Source: Octopus bimaculoides (Eukaryota). From it: a DNA stretch of 64,000 bases. Below are positions 12,230 to 25,955 of the stretch, in pieces (position 1 is the first letter of the stretch; every line of letters begins with the position of its first letter). Under the pieces are notes generated by a model, which had not been told where the DNA came from, did not search any database, and saw nothing but the letters and a program-made list of their open reading frames with translations. The translations under genes and the position numbers were made by a program. Where the stretch lies: assembly GCF_001194135.2 (NCBI RefSeq), contig NC_068991.1, positions 49,938,526-50,002,525 of the forward strand, given 5' to 3'.

Positions 12230-13610
12230 TATTTTACCAAGTTTGCATGAGTGAGTAGGTCTTTAACATGCATCACCAATTATCACTGTTCTGCCATTTC
12301 CTTTGTGAGTCGCAACCAAGGCCATACTAACACAGTTCTATCCCTTCCACAAATCTCGCTCCTATGTCCACATTTTCTTTTAGCTCTTTTGGACTATGTT
12401 GTTCATGCACACTAACATTACACAACAAATCATACTTCATTGTTTTTCTTTGTCTTCATTTTATTTAAGGCCTAGATCATGCTACCATATAGTGCTGCAC
12501 TTCATACACTAGTAAGCATTATGCATGCAATTTGCCTTTCACTCTGAGGAAAGCCCCTTTCTTGTCAGCAGAGGTAATAGCTCCCTGAATTTTACCAACT
12601 TTTTTCTTACACTGGTTTCTATGCTTTCAGGATGCTCACCTCAACAGCTAATTAGGTCACTCACACAAAACTACTAGTTTCTTATGGGGAACCTTCTAGA
12701 TATTTGAGAGAATGTTTCCCCATGAGTTTTTAGTGCTTAATATATATGTGCATTTGCCACATATGAAGTGTGCCCACTATATTTCTTGTACATCCATAGT
12801 TTATACTGAGTATGCTGTCAGGAAATTTCATTCCTTTCTCAGCCCATCAAGTAAGGCCATTTTCTGATGGTTGCAGGGTATTATCTCTCCCATTTACTTA
12901 AAACATTAGTCATTGCTAAATTTACTTTGGGACCTCTATTCCAAATTTTACTTCCATATCCAAAATTTCTCTTATTCAACTATATATTTAGCTGCTAGAA
13001 CTTAGTAATCAGTATATAGGAGTGTCCAAGCACAATGTCTTAAACTCCCATGTCACAGCCTGAAGGACTATAATGAACAAAGTGGTTTTCAGGACTGTGG
13101 CTCAGCTGGCACACTAAACTTGCTGTATTTATTTCTATCACTTTGTTGCAACTTTGTATATAGGATGTACATCCCTGAAAAACCTTTCAGCTACACTTAA
13201 TTTCCACCAAATTACTGAGCATGGAATTCTGTCAAAGGCTTTCTCCAAGTCAACAAATGCTAAGTACATTAACCCACTCATAGCCGAGTGCTTTTTCTGC
13301 AGTTGTTTCACCAGGAAAAGGGTCATCAGTAGCACCTATTCTTGGAACAAAGCTGAAATGCACCTTATCTCAGTTAATTCTCTTCTGAATCAGTTGTACT
13401 ATAAATCTTTCAGTGACTTTTATAACTTGGCCAGTCTATTTGATATATATGTAGTTTCTTCTTTCAAAAGCATAAATTTGTTAGGGAGTGATTTGCATAG
13501 TTTTTATTCAGTTATTTCCCTGATTTCAGGGACCAAACTGTAGCCATCTGGGTCACTACCTTTAAGGGATGAAGATAGGAGTGTTGGCATCATTGTATTG
13601 GAATTAGTTT
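12230..13610 (-). mobile_element. Degenerate RTE-clade LINE reverse-transcriptase fragment
   Basis: ORF 13138-13335 contains YLAFVDLEKAFDRIP..VIWW (RT motif). The rest resembles the reverse complement of the 32090-33200 copy. Confidence 0.85.
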
Positions 13611-14329
13611 TCATCTAGAAATATTTTTGAGAAGTATTAAAGAATCTTACAGATATCCCTTGCTAAAAAAAGATCCCTTAATTTAGAATACTTAACATAT
13701 TCCCATGTTTAATACTTCATTCACCCCATACATCTCTCACTGAAATTATCTATTCCAGCTTTTGCTTTAAGCTTTCAACCTGAATTCATTCTGAAGTGAA
13801 AACAGCAAAATCATAGTTGCTGATGCTACACAGGTTGAATATTGTGGACACAATCTCCTTGAAGTGCAAACAAAAATTGATTTCTTCTTCTACCATTTCT
13901 AATTTATGAATGAATTTCAGCATGGTTTAATTGTATTTTAAATTAACATATCATAGCCTTGGCAAGTTAACTTGTTTATATATGAGAGAGGAATGTGCAG
14001 AACCTGAGAGTTGACACAATACTGGAAGATAACCAATTTGAAGGAGGTTCGGAAGAGAAGTGCAAACTATTGAGAGAGATGTTTAAATGTTGAAAGAAAT
14101 TTAGGTGAGCTTGTAAACCTTGAAATAAAACCAAATCAACAACATACAAAATGTTGAAGACACTAGGCTTTTTTTTTCAGGGATAAAAATAAACATAAAA
14201 AATTTACTTCATTTAGACCAAATATAAACTCTCCTATTTGAAAGTATCATAAATAGTTGATCTTGCCAACAAAAAGTTTTAATTTATTTTTTTGCCTTGT
14301 TTAAAATCAGTACTTTTAATTTTCCACAG

Positions 14330-14432
14330 ATCTCAAAACTGGTGGGTGAAAGGAAGGACTTATCCTAAAACCTTAATCAGGATGTATGCAACAGAGCTAA
14401 CTCTGTTAAAGGCACTTACAACTCAGAGATAA
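14330..14432 (+). other. Candidate plus-strand exon (ISKLVGERKDLS* in phase 0, or SQNWWVKGRTYPKTLIRMYATELTLLKALTTQR* in phase 2)
   Basis: Strong acceptor TACTTTTAATTTTCCACAG|. Frame unresolved. Confidence 0.3.
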
Positions 14433-14937
14433 TTTTGCTAAAGTAGATGAAGCATTAAGTCTACCTCCCAAAATTGAATGTGCTTATGGTACCTAGGTTT
14501 CTGATGTGGCCACCCATTTTAATAATAACTTAGATTCAATATTGTTTAAATTTGATGAGAACAAATTTTCTGATGAGAACAAGTGTTTTCACTGTGATAA
14601 GGCTAAAAAACAGATTTAGATACTTTACAATTAAAAATAAAAACTCAAGACTTAAACCCACTTCTTATTAGAATTCAAAATGGCTGAAATATAAGCTACT
14701 TTGAACTCAATTTTTAATATTTTTTTTATACTTTAACTGTATCTCTGACATTAATAAGGTAGGATTGACAAACAAAAATTAAAGTAGATTTTATTTGTTG
14801 ACTTGACAGATAACATTGTCATAATGGGCATTACTAGTTTATAGTGTACCTATTATATAATATATATAGACTGTTCTTCTCTTCATTCACATGTAACATC
14901 ATAAAAATAACTACCAAAACAATAACAGAAAACTCAC

Positions 14938-15042
14938 CAACATCAGGACTGGTTGCATTAACAGGTAAGTCACCACAACCCACTTCTGCATCAGTTAAAA
15001 CCTCATTTCTTGGTAAATCCATTTCCACCTCTTCACCAGTAG
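14938..15042 (-). CDS. Candidate internal coding exon, phase 1-1, 105 nt: (A)TGEEVEMDLPRNEVLTDAEVGCGDLPVNATSPDV; product unknown
   Basis: Acceptor TTTTATTTTGCAG| and donor TTG|GTGAGT. The length is a multiple of 3, and the frame is open and acidic in an otherwise AT-rich flank. Confidence 0.6.
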
Positions 15043-17154
15043 CTGCAAAATAAAATGCAGAGTATGTCCTATATTAAAAAATAGATAAAACAAAACACTG
15101 ACAGAAACAAGACCCTTTAGTTATGTTTAACCCTATAATTTACTGTTCAGACTTGTTGGCTTTACATAATGACCAGGAAACAATCGGCTAGGGATGGGAC
15201 AGGTCATTGAGACACCAGTGAATGTGTCATCATTATGTAGTCTATGTAGAGCAAGTCAGGTTAAAACCCAAAATTTGAAGGAAATGGATTAATTCTTGCC
15301 AACACAAAATGCCACCAGAGGAGAATATGTTGAGTCAAGTTCTTTCCATAAAGTCAAAGAAATCAATTTGCCCCATTCTTTCCAAAACAATACTCAAAAG
15401 AGAATTTGAACTCAGCACTTAAAATTCTGCATCAATTACACTGTAACAACATTTTTCATTCATTTATTGTTTTTGTCTTTGGTCAGTAAGTGTTATTTCC
15501 TATTTGCTTTTATGAAGAAATCAAAGGAAATGATAATTCCCTTCAAACTTTACTTTTGCGACCTGGACGTCAATGTTCTGAAACTGACCTATTTTCCATT
15601 ACATTTCAGACAGATTCAGCACTGAGCAGCTGAAGCAGAAATATTATTATAGTAAATATTCTGCTCAATACCACAGATTTGTTTGTCTGTAGCTTGATCA
15701 TAACCATTTGAGCATGTCCCTTGGTGGTTGACAATATGTGCATCACTGATCATGAATAAGATTAGCAAGAGGCTTAGCATATCCATGTGTTGAGAGGGAT
15801 TCTTTGGAGTTTGAATAAATGTAAGAAAAGCAGAGATTGAAGGAAATATTAGCTATTTTCATTAGTTTATAAGGGTAAGCAAATAGGAAAAACCAGTTGC
15901 TACCCAAGGATAAAAATCATCACATTGTTAAACAAAGTTCTCAATGCTTGCAACAATTACTTTGTACCTTTTATTGGATCTATTTTTTTTTAACAAAATT
16001 GACTGGGTAAGTGAAAGCAAAATCTCTTGGTTGTCAATGACATATTAATGACAATTTTTTTATTATTAGAAGCTGCTCTCCACCAACACAACTGAAAGAA
16101 GAACATCAAGAGAAACATGTAAATTAGTTTCAAAGTTTGGCACAAGGCCAGCAATTTTAGGGAAGGGGACTTGATTACATCACCCCCAGTGTTCAACTGC
16201 TACTTATTTTATACATCCCAAAAGGATAAAAGGCAAACTTGACCTAAGTGGAATTTGAACTCAGAATGTAAAGATGGAAGTACTGCTAGTAAGTATTTTG
16301 CCTGGCATGCTAGCAATTCTGCCAACTTGCCACTTTAATCAAGAGAATCGTGTAAATTACTTAGAAAATGTCTACACTGAAAATTGTTAATTAACCCTTT
16401 GGAAATAGAACCTCCTTTGGAGTTTCAGTACCAAGAAGACGGAGCCCTTTTCACAAGCCCTACAGAGGGCATACACTTATTTAAAAAAAAAAATAAAGTA
16501 ATTTACATATATAAAACTATATGCATTCTTGCAAAAAATTGAATGAACTAATAGAATTTTCATTATTCAATTGATAGATTGGTTCTGTCATCTAAGAGAT
16601 AAGACTTTTTAAGTTATTTTACTACACCTATTGATGTTAAATCTGTATACAACAAACATTTACATAATGAAATGCCATAGTTGATAAGGAGCAGGATAAA
16701 AAAAAAGGATATAACATTACTAAAAAATTGTTTAATTTTAATTTTTTCTTTTTAAATTTTGATTGTTAGTATTTTGATAAAAATGAAAAGAAATAATGAA
16801 GAGAAAAAGTAAATTTTGAAAAGATTTGTGGGGTAAAATGTACAGTTCTAATTATCATTTTCATGTGTAATTCAACATCTGTTCCCAAACTTTTTATAAA
16901 TAAAACCTATGCAAGGTCAATTTCTGTTGTCCTCAGTATTTATTAACAAAAAGTACACTTCAATGAAAGCTTTTGATATCATAATTTTTTAACATAAGAG
17001 TTTTTAATTAGTGTTGTGAGTTCTCAAAGAATTTATATTCACATCATTAGAAAATTATGAAAATGCCTTTAACTCAACTTCTAATGTCACAGAGACAGAA
17101 AATACAAATAACTAAAAAAAAAATTTTAAAAGAACATACTCTTTACTCTTTTTT

Positions 17155-17530
17155 TTACTTGTTTCAGTCATTTGACTGCGGCCATGCTGGAGCACCGCCT
17201 TTAGTCGAGAAATTCGACCTCAGGACTTATTCTTTGTAAGCCTGGTACTTATTCTATCAGTCTCTTTGCCGAACCACTAAGTTACGGGGACGTAAACACA
17301 CCAGCATCGGTTGTCAAGCGATGGTGGGGGGACAAACACACATACATATATATATATATATACATATATACAACAGGCTTCTTTCAGTTTCCGTCTACTA
17401 AATCCACTCACAAGGCTTCGGTTGGCCCGAAGCTATAGTAGACACTTGCCCAAGGTGCCACGCAGTGGGAATGAACCCCGAACCATGTGGTTGGTAAGCA
17501 AGCTACTTACCACACAGCCACTCCTATGCC
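17155..17530 (-). mobile_element. Full-length tRNA-derived SINE, family A (young, CpG-retaining copy)
   Basis: The minus strand reads GGAGTGGCTGTGTGGTAAG (A box)...GGGTTCATTCCC (B box)...CTTGGGCAAGTGTC...central (TA)/(TG) tract...GACTGAAACAAGTAAAA tail. Confidence 0.9.
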
Positions 17531-17974
17531 TACGACATGTAAAGAATTTTTTTTTTTTTTTTAAATATAGCTTAAAATAAACGCTACACTATTATTACAA
17601 GATCTGCAGAGTAATCAGTTTGCCAGACCAATATGCCTGTTTTGAGAGAAAAGGTTAAAGACAGATTAATACAAAAGTGAATCAGAAAGAGCTCAGTATT
17701 AAATCCATTTTAAGCAATAACTAAATCAGCAATCAAGAATAGGATAATAAAATTTGTCTATATCCTATTATACATTTTATCACTGAAGATATATAAGAGC
17801 AAAAGACTAGGATAATGCCATGAGATCAGTAGGAGAGAAAGCAAAGAAGTAGAAAGATATACAAAAACTAGGAAGAGAGAAATTAAAATAGTATATTTCA
17901 TCACATACTTTTACCTCATTTAATACTGGATAATTATTGGGTCTTACAAGTATACTTTTGTAAACTGTACTCAC

Positions 17975-18076
17975 AACAGAATTTTAATTCAGTCATGTTA
18001 GTCAAGGAAATAATCTTGACAATTACAGAGTGGATGTATTGCACTACACTGATTTACTATACTGTACTATACTGTA
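17975..18076 (-). CDS. Candidate upstream exon with UTR and start codon (ATG at 17996: MTELKFC, phase 1)
   Basis: Acceptor TACTCTACCTTACAG| and donor GTT|GTGAGT. It joins 15042-14938 in frame, which has a 1-in-3 chance by itself. Confidence 0.25.
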
Positions 18077-18591
18077 CTGTAAGGTAGAGTAAATTAGCAG
18101 AGTTAAATGTTTTGGCCATTAATATAATGCAATGCCAAGATATCAAATAGAAATTCAAGCAGATCAGCTGAGGACAAAAAAACCCCCAAAAAAACTAGGA
18201 TGATCATGACATGAACAACAACTACAGCTGTTCTTGTCATTGCTGATATAAAACTGAAGACTGATTAACCCCAAACCAAAAGTGTTAAATTGGAAGTAGG
18301 TAGCCATAAAAAAAAAAGACAAGATATGATTTAAGGGAGAAACCAATAAAAGGCTGACAACATCTTCAGTGAAATCTGCAAGGCATGCTTTATTAAGACA
18401 GAAACCAATGAGAGAGTGACAATAAAAAAAGAAATCAGATTATTTCAGGAGATCAGACATTACAAAGTTACAAGATTCTTTGGAATTGAAATATCACATT
18501 TCTATAAGAAACAAACTAATGTAATTTTAAGATTTTATTTAAAGCAAATCCAGGTAGTAACTCCTATGAAGGGACAAGATTTCAGATTCTT

Positions 18592-18806
18592 TTAACCTTT
18601 TAACATTTATGCCGGCTATATGTAGCCCAAATATTCTACCTGTCTTATGTTCAAATCGGACAGATCTGGACTGTCTTACCTATCTTACAATGTCATTTTT
18701 TAAATATACAATCACAAAATTTCAAAGCTATGAGATAATGTATGATGAATTCAAAACAATGTGAATAAATAAGCAATACAAAATAATCTGAATGCTAAAG
18801 GGTTAA
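18592..18806. mobile_element. piggyBac-type MITE
   Basis: TTAA at both ends, with degenerate CCCTTTAGCATT-type TIRs (TTAACCTTTTAACATT ... AATGCTAAAGGGTTAA). Confidence 0.6.
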
Positions 18807-19739
18807 TCAAATTTTAAAGCTAGATCACTCATATTATAATGGCTCTGAGTTACAATTTTGAAACAATATCTTGATTCCATAGCAGAAAACTAAAAATGTA
18901 ATTTATCATTTGATATTTATTTTGTAATTATTTTATATTTTCTTAAATCAGGTCTTCAAAAGCCTTGAGAGGTTCCTAAGGGTTTAGTTCTAATTTTATG
19001 GTGTTCAGTGAATGAAAAATAAATCTCCCTATGGATAAAACATCTTCCTGATCAAATACATATTCTTAATTAACAGCTAGTTAAATTGAGGCATGAACAC
19101 AGGCTAAATACACATTAACTATACATACATACAGAACTAGACACAAATATACACCTACAACCATTTGAACTTAAAATCAAAGCATTTAATGAAGATCACA
19201 GAATATCAATAAAACATTAGGTCAATTAAACAAACTAGTTCAAAAAAAGAAGTCAGTTTAACATTTCTAAGATTAAAAATCAGCAGAGTGATCTTTATGT
19301 CACCTGAGGCTTGAGATTGCCTCAAACTATTAATGGCACAGAAAAAAATGTTTTTTTTAACTGATGAAGCTACATAAAAAAATTCATTCAACTTCCATAA
19401 TGTTATAGAGAATAATCGTATAATAAATTTCAAAAAGTGTTATAATTTCATGCCACATCCAATATATCTCATCTAATATATTTAACTTATTCTTTCTTTT
19501 AGTATGAAGGTAAAAATCTACTTTGCTTCTATTTTTAAAGTTATTGCTGTACAATGTCTGTAAAAAGATTTATAATATTTAATACCTAATAATTATGTGT
19601 GCTAAATTACTTTGACTTCGGGCACATGACATTCCAGTATCATCATGATCTGTTTGCATTCATGGCAAAATACACTCTCCATACTAATCTTATGTATTCT
19701 GAATTAAGCATTTTCCCCCCACCCATGTAAATTGTTACT

Positions 19740-20560
19740 TTCAGTTCCTCCTGTTAATCTTTGCAAGATGATCCTTGTACAACCTCCCTTTCTTTTTCTC
19801 TCTGGACCCCAGTCTAAGGCTTGCCTTATCAAAAACCCTTTTGTCCCTGTAACATCTGATTTACTAATCCCGATTAATGCCTTCCTATTTGTTGGTTGAG
19901 GGGTTTCAGCTTGGTTTTGGTTGAGAGGCCTTTGTTCATATTTTTTAGTATCTGATGTTTAAGATATTTCTGAGGCACCTGTTCATGAATGCTTCTCATA
20001 TTTGTATTCCTTTGTTATGGCTCAGCATCAGGTATCAGAACAGGTTTGACATTGCAACCAAAAATCCTCAAATTACAGTTTGGACAAAGCCCTTCCTTTC
20101 CAGACAATCTTTAAAATGCTGAAGGCTTGACTCATTTTCTTAAGTCATACTTCATCATCCTCCACTAAAACTCCAACACCATATTTCCAAGATACATTAA
20201 ACGCTTCTCTTTAGTCAACATGATTATTGACCATATCAACAGTCAAGATCACCACTGAATTTTCATGTCTCTCCAAAGTTAAATCTGGTTTTTACTGCAA
20301 TCTCTGTTAGCTTTGTCTTTTTCTGCATATCATGAATATTCTAGAACATTACATAAATGTTGTCCACCAAGTCTAGATCCTCTTGCACCTGCTTTTGTGC
20401 CCACCACCCCATAACCATTGTACTGGCCTGTGCAAATATATCATCCAGTCAGTCACCACCAACAAGATCATCAGTATTAATACACATCTGTTTCACTTCA
20501 GTTTTCACTTCCAAAGATTTTGACAATCTCCATCATTTGACAAAAAGTGTCTTTGTTTAG
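19740..20560 (-). mobile_element. Degenerate RTE (RTE-X-like) LINE RT fragment
   Basis: Minus-strand translation gives EVKTEVKQ.., EDLDLVDNI (cf. EDLDFADDI) and IRQALDWGPERKRKGG (cf. RQALDWNPQGKRKRGRP). Confidence 0.75.
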
Positions 20561-23500
20561 CAGTTGACTGACATTAATGAATAAGGAATTCTGTAGTGAC
20601 AGAACAAACTCTATATTGGTGGTTCCCAAAGTAGATGGTACTTTCCACCTGGAGGTGGTGGAAAGATCCAGGAGGGGGTGTTGAAGAAAAGTGGGGTGAT
20701 AANNNNNNNNNNNNNNNNNNNNNNNNNNNNNNNNNNNNNNNNNNNNNNNNNNNNNNNNNNNNNNNNNNNNNNNNNNNNNNNNNNNNNNNNNNNNNNNNNN
20801 NNNNNNNNNNNNNNNNGGGGGGGGGGGCTAGGAAAGTAACTTGGGTGCCAAAGGTGCGGCAGCCTGAAAAAGTCTGGAAATCACTATATCATTTTCTTAT
20901 TAACAATATAACATGAAATATTACTTCAGAAACTATTATTTCATTGCATGCACATTCTTTAAAGTTTAAGAAAATTATTATTTAGCAATTCTACCAGTTT
21001 ACAAAAATATTCTTTCCAAATATTTAACATTTTCAAATTTAATTAAGAAACCACATGATTTTATGGGACCAACTTATAGATATGTGATTTTACTTAATTT
21101 TCAGAAAAGCCTTATAGCAAAGTGAAAGTAGGGTATATAGAATTAACTGTCCAGCCCAGAACTGCAATGGATTACCTGCAGTTCATATTCCAGTGCTATA
21201 CTTATTCAACTACTTTATCCTAACCAATTTGTAGCATCAGCTACAAAGCTGATCAAGAAACTAAAGAATTAAGAACAATAATTAAATGCTAATTGTGCTA
21301 AAATAACTATTAACATAACTGTTGGCTGACATCAAACTTCACAGTATAAAAAGTGAAGAAGCATCTACTTATTTGATATTTGATTAGTGTAACAAGTACA
21401 ACTTCCTCACCTAAACCTCTGATGTCTTACAATTGAGGATCACGCTTTTTAAAGACATAAATTTAGTAAGCATCATATTAATTGTTCACCTATTATACTG
21501 CTAATCAGTATTTCATGTTCAACTCAAACCAACATGTTGCGTGTTCAGAGTGCTGGTCTTGTATGTCGTCGTTAAATAGTTGATAATATATCTCCATACT
21601 TTTATTATACCCAATCGCATCTAGTTTTAATCATCACTTTGATTTGGTCAGTTCTCTTTGAAATTTTCCTGTTGTCAATTGATAAAACTATACCAGTTGT
21701 GAGAATGTTAATTATTATGGCAACAATAAATGATGACTATTTGAAGTAATAAAACTTGATTACCAATAAATGTTTTTGCTACTGTACTTTGTGCTTACAA
21801 TTGTCATGGCAACCAATTTAGCTAATATCACATCATATGGATCTAAAAAAATTCCCTTTGTAAGTTTATAAAATACTCTCAATGCAGTGGAGGTTAGCAA
21901 TTACAATGAATTTCCCTTTCAGATAAATTTCTGAAATGGTTTGATTTTAATAACATCATCATGATCTATTTGGTAGAAAGCATTAATATTATGCAAGACT
22001 ATTTCATACCAACTACAGTTCAACTCATTGCAATCAAAGATTACCACTGCTTCTCATACCAAACCAAAAAACCAGGTTGCTCAACCTGCTGAGAATAGTA
22101 GCCAATTGTCCTCAAAACATAACCCTACCGTCTTTGATCAAGTTTGTTCAATCAGGGCTAACTCAGACTGTAGTTGACTCATTGAGCTTAATATGTAGTA
22201 GTAGCTGAGTCTCTCTATAAACATGTTTTCTTTCATTATAGAGGATAAAAAATAAAAAACAGTTGTATCTTAGCATGCACACATGCATTAGCAGACACAC
22301 AGACACATGTACATATACAAACACACAAACATACACATAGATACACATGTAATTGTCTTAGAATTTGCCTTATTGGTTTAGCAGCTCATCCAGGTAAATC
22401 TACATCTCAAACAACAGCCACTTATTGTCACTTGTTACTGCCAAATGACATCTTAAAGCCAGTGCAAGAGTGTAGATCTCTGAAGCTATGATCCATGCAA
22501 GTTCTTCTTTGATAAATCTTAGCTATGTCTTCAGTTACCCACTATAATGTCATTGTCAACAAATTGGATTAATAATGTAGATAACTGCTTCTAAAGGATA
22601 TCAATATTTACAGCTGGTTCACCAAAAGTATTCTATACTGATGACATGTGTAGTGATGTTTAAGTTGCCAACATCAAATAGTTTCAAGTAAAAGATTCTC
22701 AGATCATGAAATCCAAATTTCTCAATCATACCAAAACTGGAAACCCATACACTTTTGCAGAGTTTTATTGTCATTTACACGATATTCATGTTATTAAGAA
22801 AGCATTTATGCTTTTTGGACTGCCTAGTTTGAAGGAATGAACATTTCAAAACTTTCTCCAATATTTCCATAGAATGGTTTCAGTATGCAATTCCAAGAAC
22901 TCCAGATACTAAAAGTGTTTAACGAAATTAGTGCATAATCAATTTACTATTGCATTGAAGAAAAAGATTAGGATATTTTCACTGAATAATATGGAATTAA
23001 CCAGTACTGTCATATTGAGCAATATCTTGAGGATTACACACATGCAATGTCCCTTACTTATCATTTCTCAACTAGTAATTAACAGCAGTCATCAACAAAC
23101 TTTATATAAGAGAGGCCTAAATAGATCAAATTGGCTTAGTTTTGTCATGTAATTCAAAACTAAACTAAATGCACAAAAAAATTGTATTAGATAAAAAGGA
23201 TTCGTACAAATCTCTCCCCCTCTCCCTCTCTCTCTCCCATACTGATCTTGGACTAAAGATGAAGTATGCCACAAATTGAAAGATGAGGTCACATGTTTGC
23301 TCTCATAATTGATGAAAAATGGAAGCTGAAATCACTATTAGATTCTAATTGCTAAACTAAGCATGAAGTTGGTGATGGCCTATTGAAAGAACTGGCTAAA
23401 CAACTGTAATGAACATACATAATGAAACAACATTGCCATGTTTGTATTTTTCTTCTTTTTTTTTGCTTTGTTTTCTTTGTAACCCTTTTGTTGTCAATAA

Positions 23501-23589
23501 CAATGTTATCAATAAAGTGCCATAAATATTAAATGTTACAAAAATATGTAGATTTGAAGGTCAATTCTCACTGTTTTTTTCTTTTACAG

Positions 23590-23705
23590 TTCACTGGTGC
23601 TGGGACTTAAATATATGTATAAATACATACACACACACACACATTTATGTACATAATTGGCATGCAAAGTAGCATTGTGAAATAAAACTTTTCAATCAGT
23701 TCAAA
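23590..23705 (+). other. Candidate terminal exon (FTGAGT* in phase 0, or non-coding)
   Basis: Very strong acceptor with branch point (TTCTCACTGTTTTTTTCTTTTACAG|) and AATAAA at 23681. Confidence 0.45.
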
Positions 23706-24189
23706 TGTTTCAGACATATCTGACCTGTAAAAAAGGCTATATTCACTGTGGTTTGCCAAAAGTCATTTCAGAGCTGCCCCTATGAACTAATATAAGCATT
23801 TTAAGCTCTTTATGCACTCATCAGTATTAGACACCAAGTGAAAGAATTCTTCACTTCCTTATAAAATATCAGTAGGAATAGATATATATCATGTGACCAA
23901 CCAGATTATCAGATGTTGTTATACATTGGTGGTCACAATGCATTTTTGCATTGCTTTAGCCTTGAAATGACGCCACTCTGCTGGCCAGGCGAGCAAGCCA
24001 ACATTCCCACCTGATTGAAAGGGGGGCAGGAGCAATGTGAAATAAAGTGTTTTGCTCAAGAACACAATGTGCTGCCCGATGAGGGAATTGAACTCATGAT
24101 CTAGTAATCATGAGTCCAACAACCTAACCACTAGGTCCTGCATCTTCACACACACGTGCGTGCGTGCGTGCGTGTGTGCGTGCGTGAGA

Positions 24190-24530
24190 GAGAGAGATAA
24201 GAAGCTTGTTTCCCAATCACAGTTCCAGTCCTATTGTGTGGCACCATGGGGAAGTGTCTTCTACTATCGCCTTGGGCTGACCAAAGCCTTGTGAATGGAT
24301 TTAGTATATAGAAATTGAAAGAAGCCAGTTGTGTGAGAGAGAGAGAGAGAGACACCAATGCTTGACAACCAATGTTGGTATGTTTACATCCCCATGGGTT
24401 AACGCTTCAGCAAAAGACTTTATTAAGCCTGGTGCTTATTCTATCAAAGTCCTGGGGTCAACTTATTTGACTAAAAAACCCTTCAAGGCAGTACCCTAAC
24501 ATGGGCACAGTCAAATGACTGAAACAGGAT
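24190..24530 (+). mobile_element. SINE family A (diverged) inside a SINE cluster
   Basis: GCACCATGGGGAAGTGTC...AAGCCTTGTGAATGG...GACTGAAACAG. Confidence 0.7.
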
Positions 24531-24798
24531 ATATATATGGACTCTCCCATCATTAGACAGCATATAAGGGTTCAGCCATTTCTTGCTGAACAACCACACA
24601 CGTAAGCTCACACCCTCCATCAAATTGACATTACTTGTACAGGTGCACCATGCGCCACATGTCAAATGATGAAGTGATTGCAAAGCAATGTGAAATGAAG
24701 TGCTTTGCTCAAGAATACAAGGCAACGCCCAATTTGAGAATTGAACCCACGATCTCACAATTGTGAGTGCAATACCCTAACTACTAAGTCATGCACCT

Positions 24799-24861
<63 letters not shown>

Positions 24862-25955
24862 CTACATACATACATACATACATACATACACACAGATATC
24901 ATCATCATCATTCAATGTCCATGTTCCATTCTGGCACAGATTGCATGGTTTAACAGAATCCAATGTGTCAGAGAACTACATTGTTCTCCAGCATCTGCTT
25001 TGACATGGTTTTTGTGCTTGGAGACCCCTCCAAATGCTAACCATTCTAGAGTGCACTATATGCTTTTGTCACACTCCTAGTACTAGCGAGGTTGCCATGA
25101 TGTTTGCAAGGCTACAAACCTCATGAGAGGAGTGGCTGCTTTATGCAAGGGGATGAGTTAAAGGACAATAGAAGCAGTCAGAAAAGAACAGACTCCTTTC
25201 TGTAGAAGAGCTGCATGACTACTCACATCTTAGAAGCGAGGGTGGGAATGATCAACTGGCGCTGAAAAAAAGATTAAAATGGCTGTGATGCAATGTCTGG
25301 GGTACACACAAATTGAGCTTCCAAAACCTTTCTTTCACCAAGATGGTCCCCAACCTAGACAGGATCCATATATTCAGTTTGCTGATTGATTGTTTGCTTA
25401 TTCTTTCCACTAACTGCAACATTTACCATCACCCCAATTACTACTACAGTCAGAACTAGGTCAAAACAGTTGTACTTATTTTCCACTTTCCTATAATTTC
25501 TCTTTCAATTTATTTTATTTTTTTTTTGTCTGTTGAACTCATTCCCGCCCCCATTGACCTTGTTTTCCTTCATTCACAATTTCCTTCACATTTTCACACA
25601 TGTATTGATGCACACACAATCATGTGTATTAATGCAAACACACACATATGCACGTATATGGACATACATGTATACATGTATTGACACACATCCACACATG
25701 CGTACTGATAATGGCCGCAGCTCAATTTTGAGAAATGCCATCACTTGACTGTTCTCTTAAACATGAGAACACAGATGTGGCTTTTCAGTCTTGCTGAGGA
25801 CTTACACTCCTTTTCACAGTTATGGCAATGATAAGCACCTCTTTCAACCAGTATTAAGAGCTTAACACCCACACCGACACATGCCTTCATTCCATCATAG
25901 AATTTTTCATTGAGTTCTCAGCCTTTTTTGACTGACCAACCATAGTATACAACAT

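Noticed and set aside
18164-18440. ~90-codon stop-free hydrophobic minus frame
   Set aside because: Driven by T-runs, has no ATG near the start, and lacks supporting exon boundaries.
20616-20886. Possible third hAT-type MITE (GTGGTTCCCAAA ... TGGAAATCACT)
   Set aside because: The TIRs are degenerate, no TSD is identifiable, and the centre is an N gap; insufficient support.
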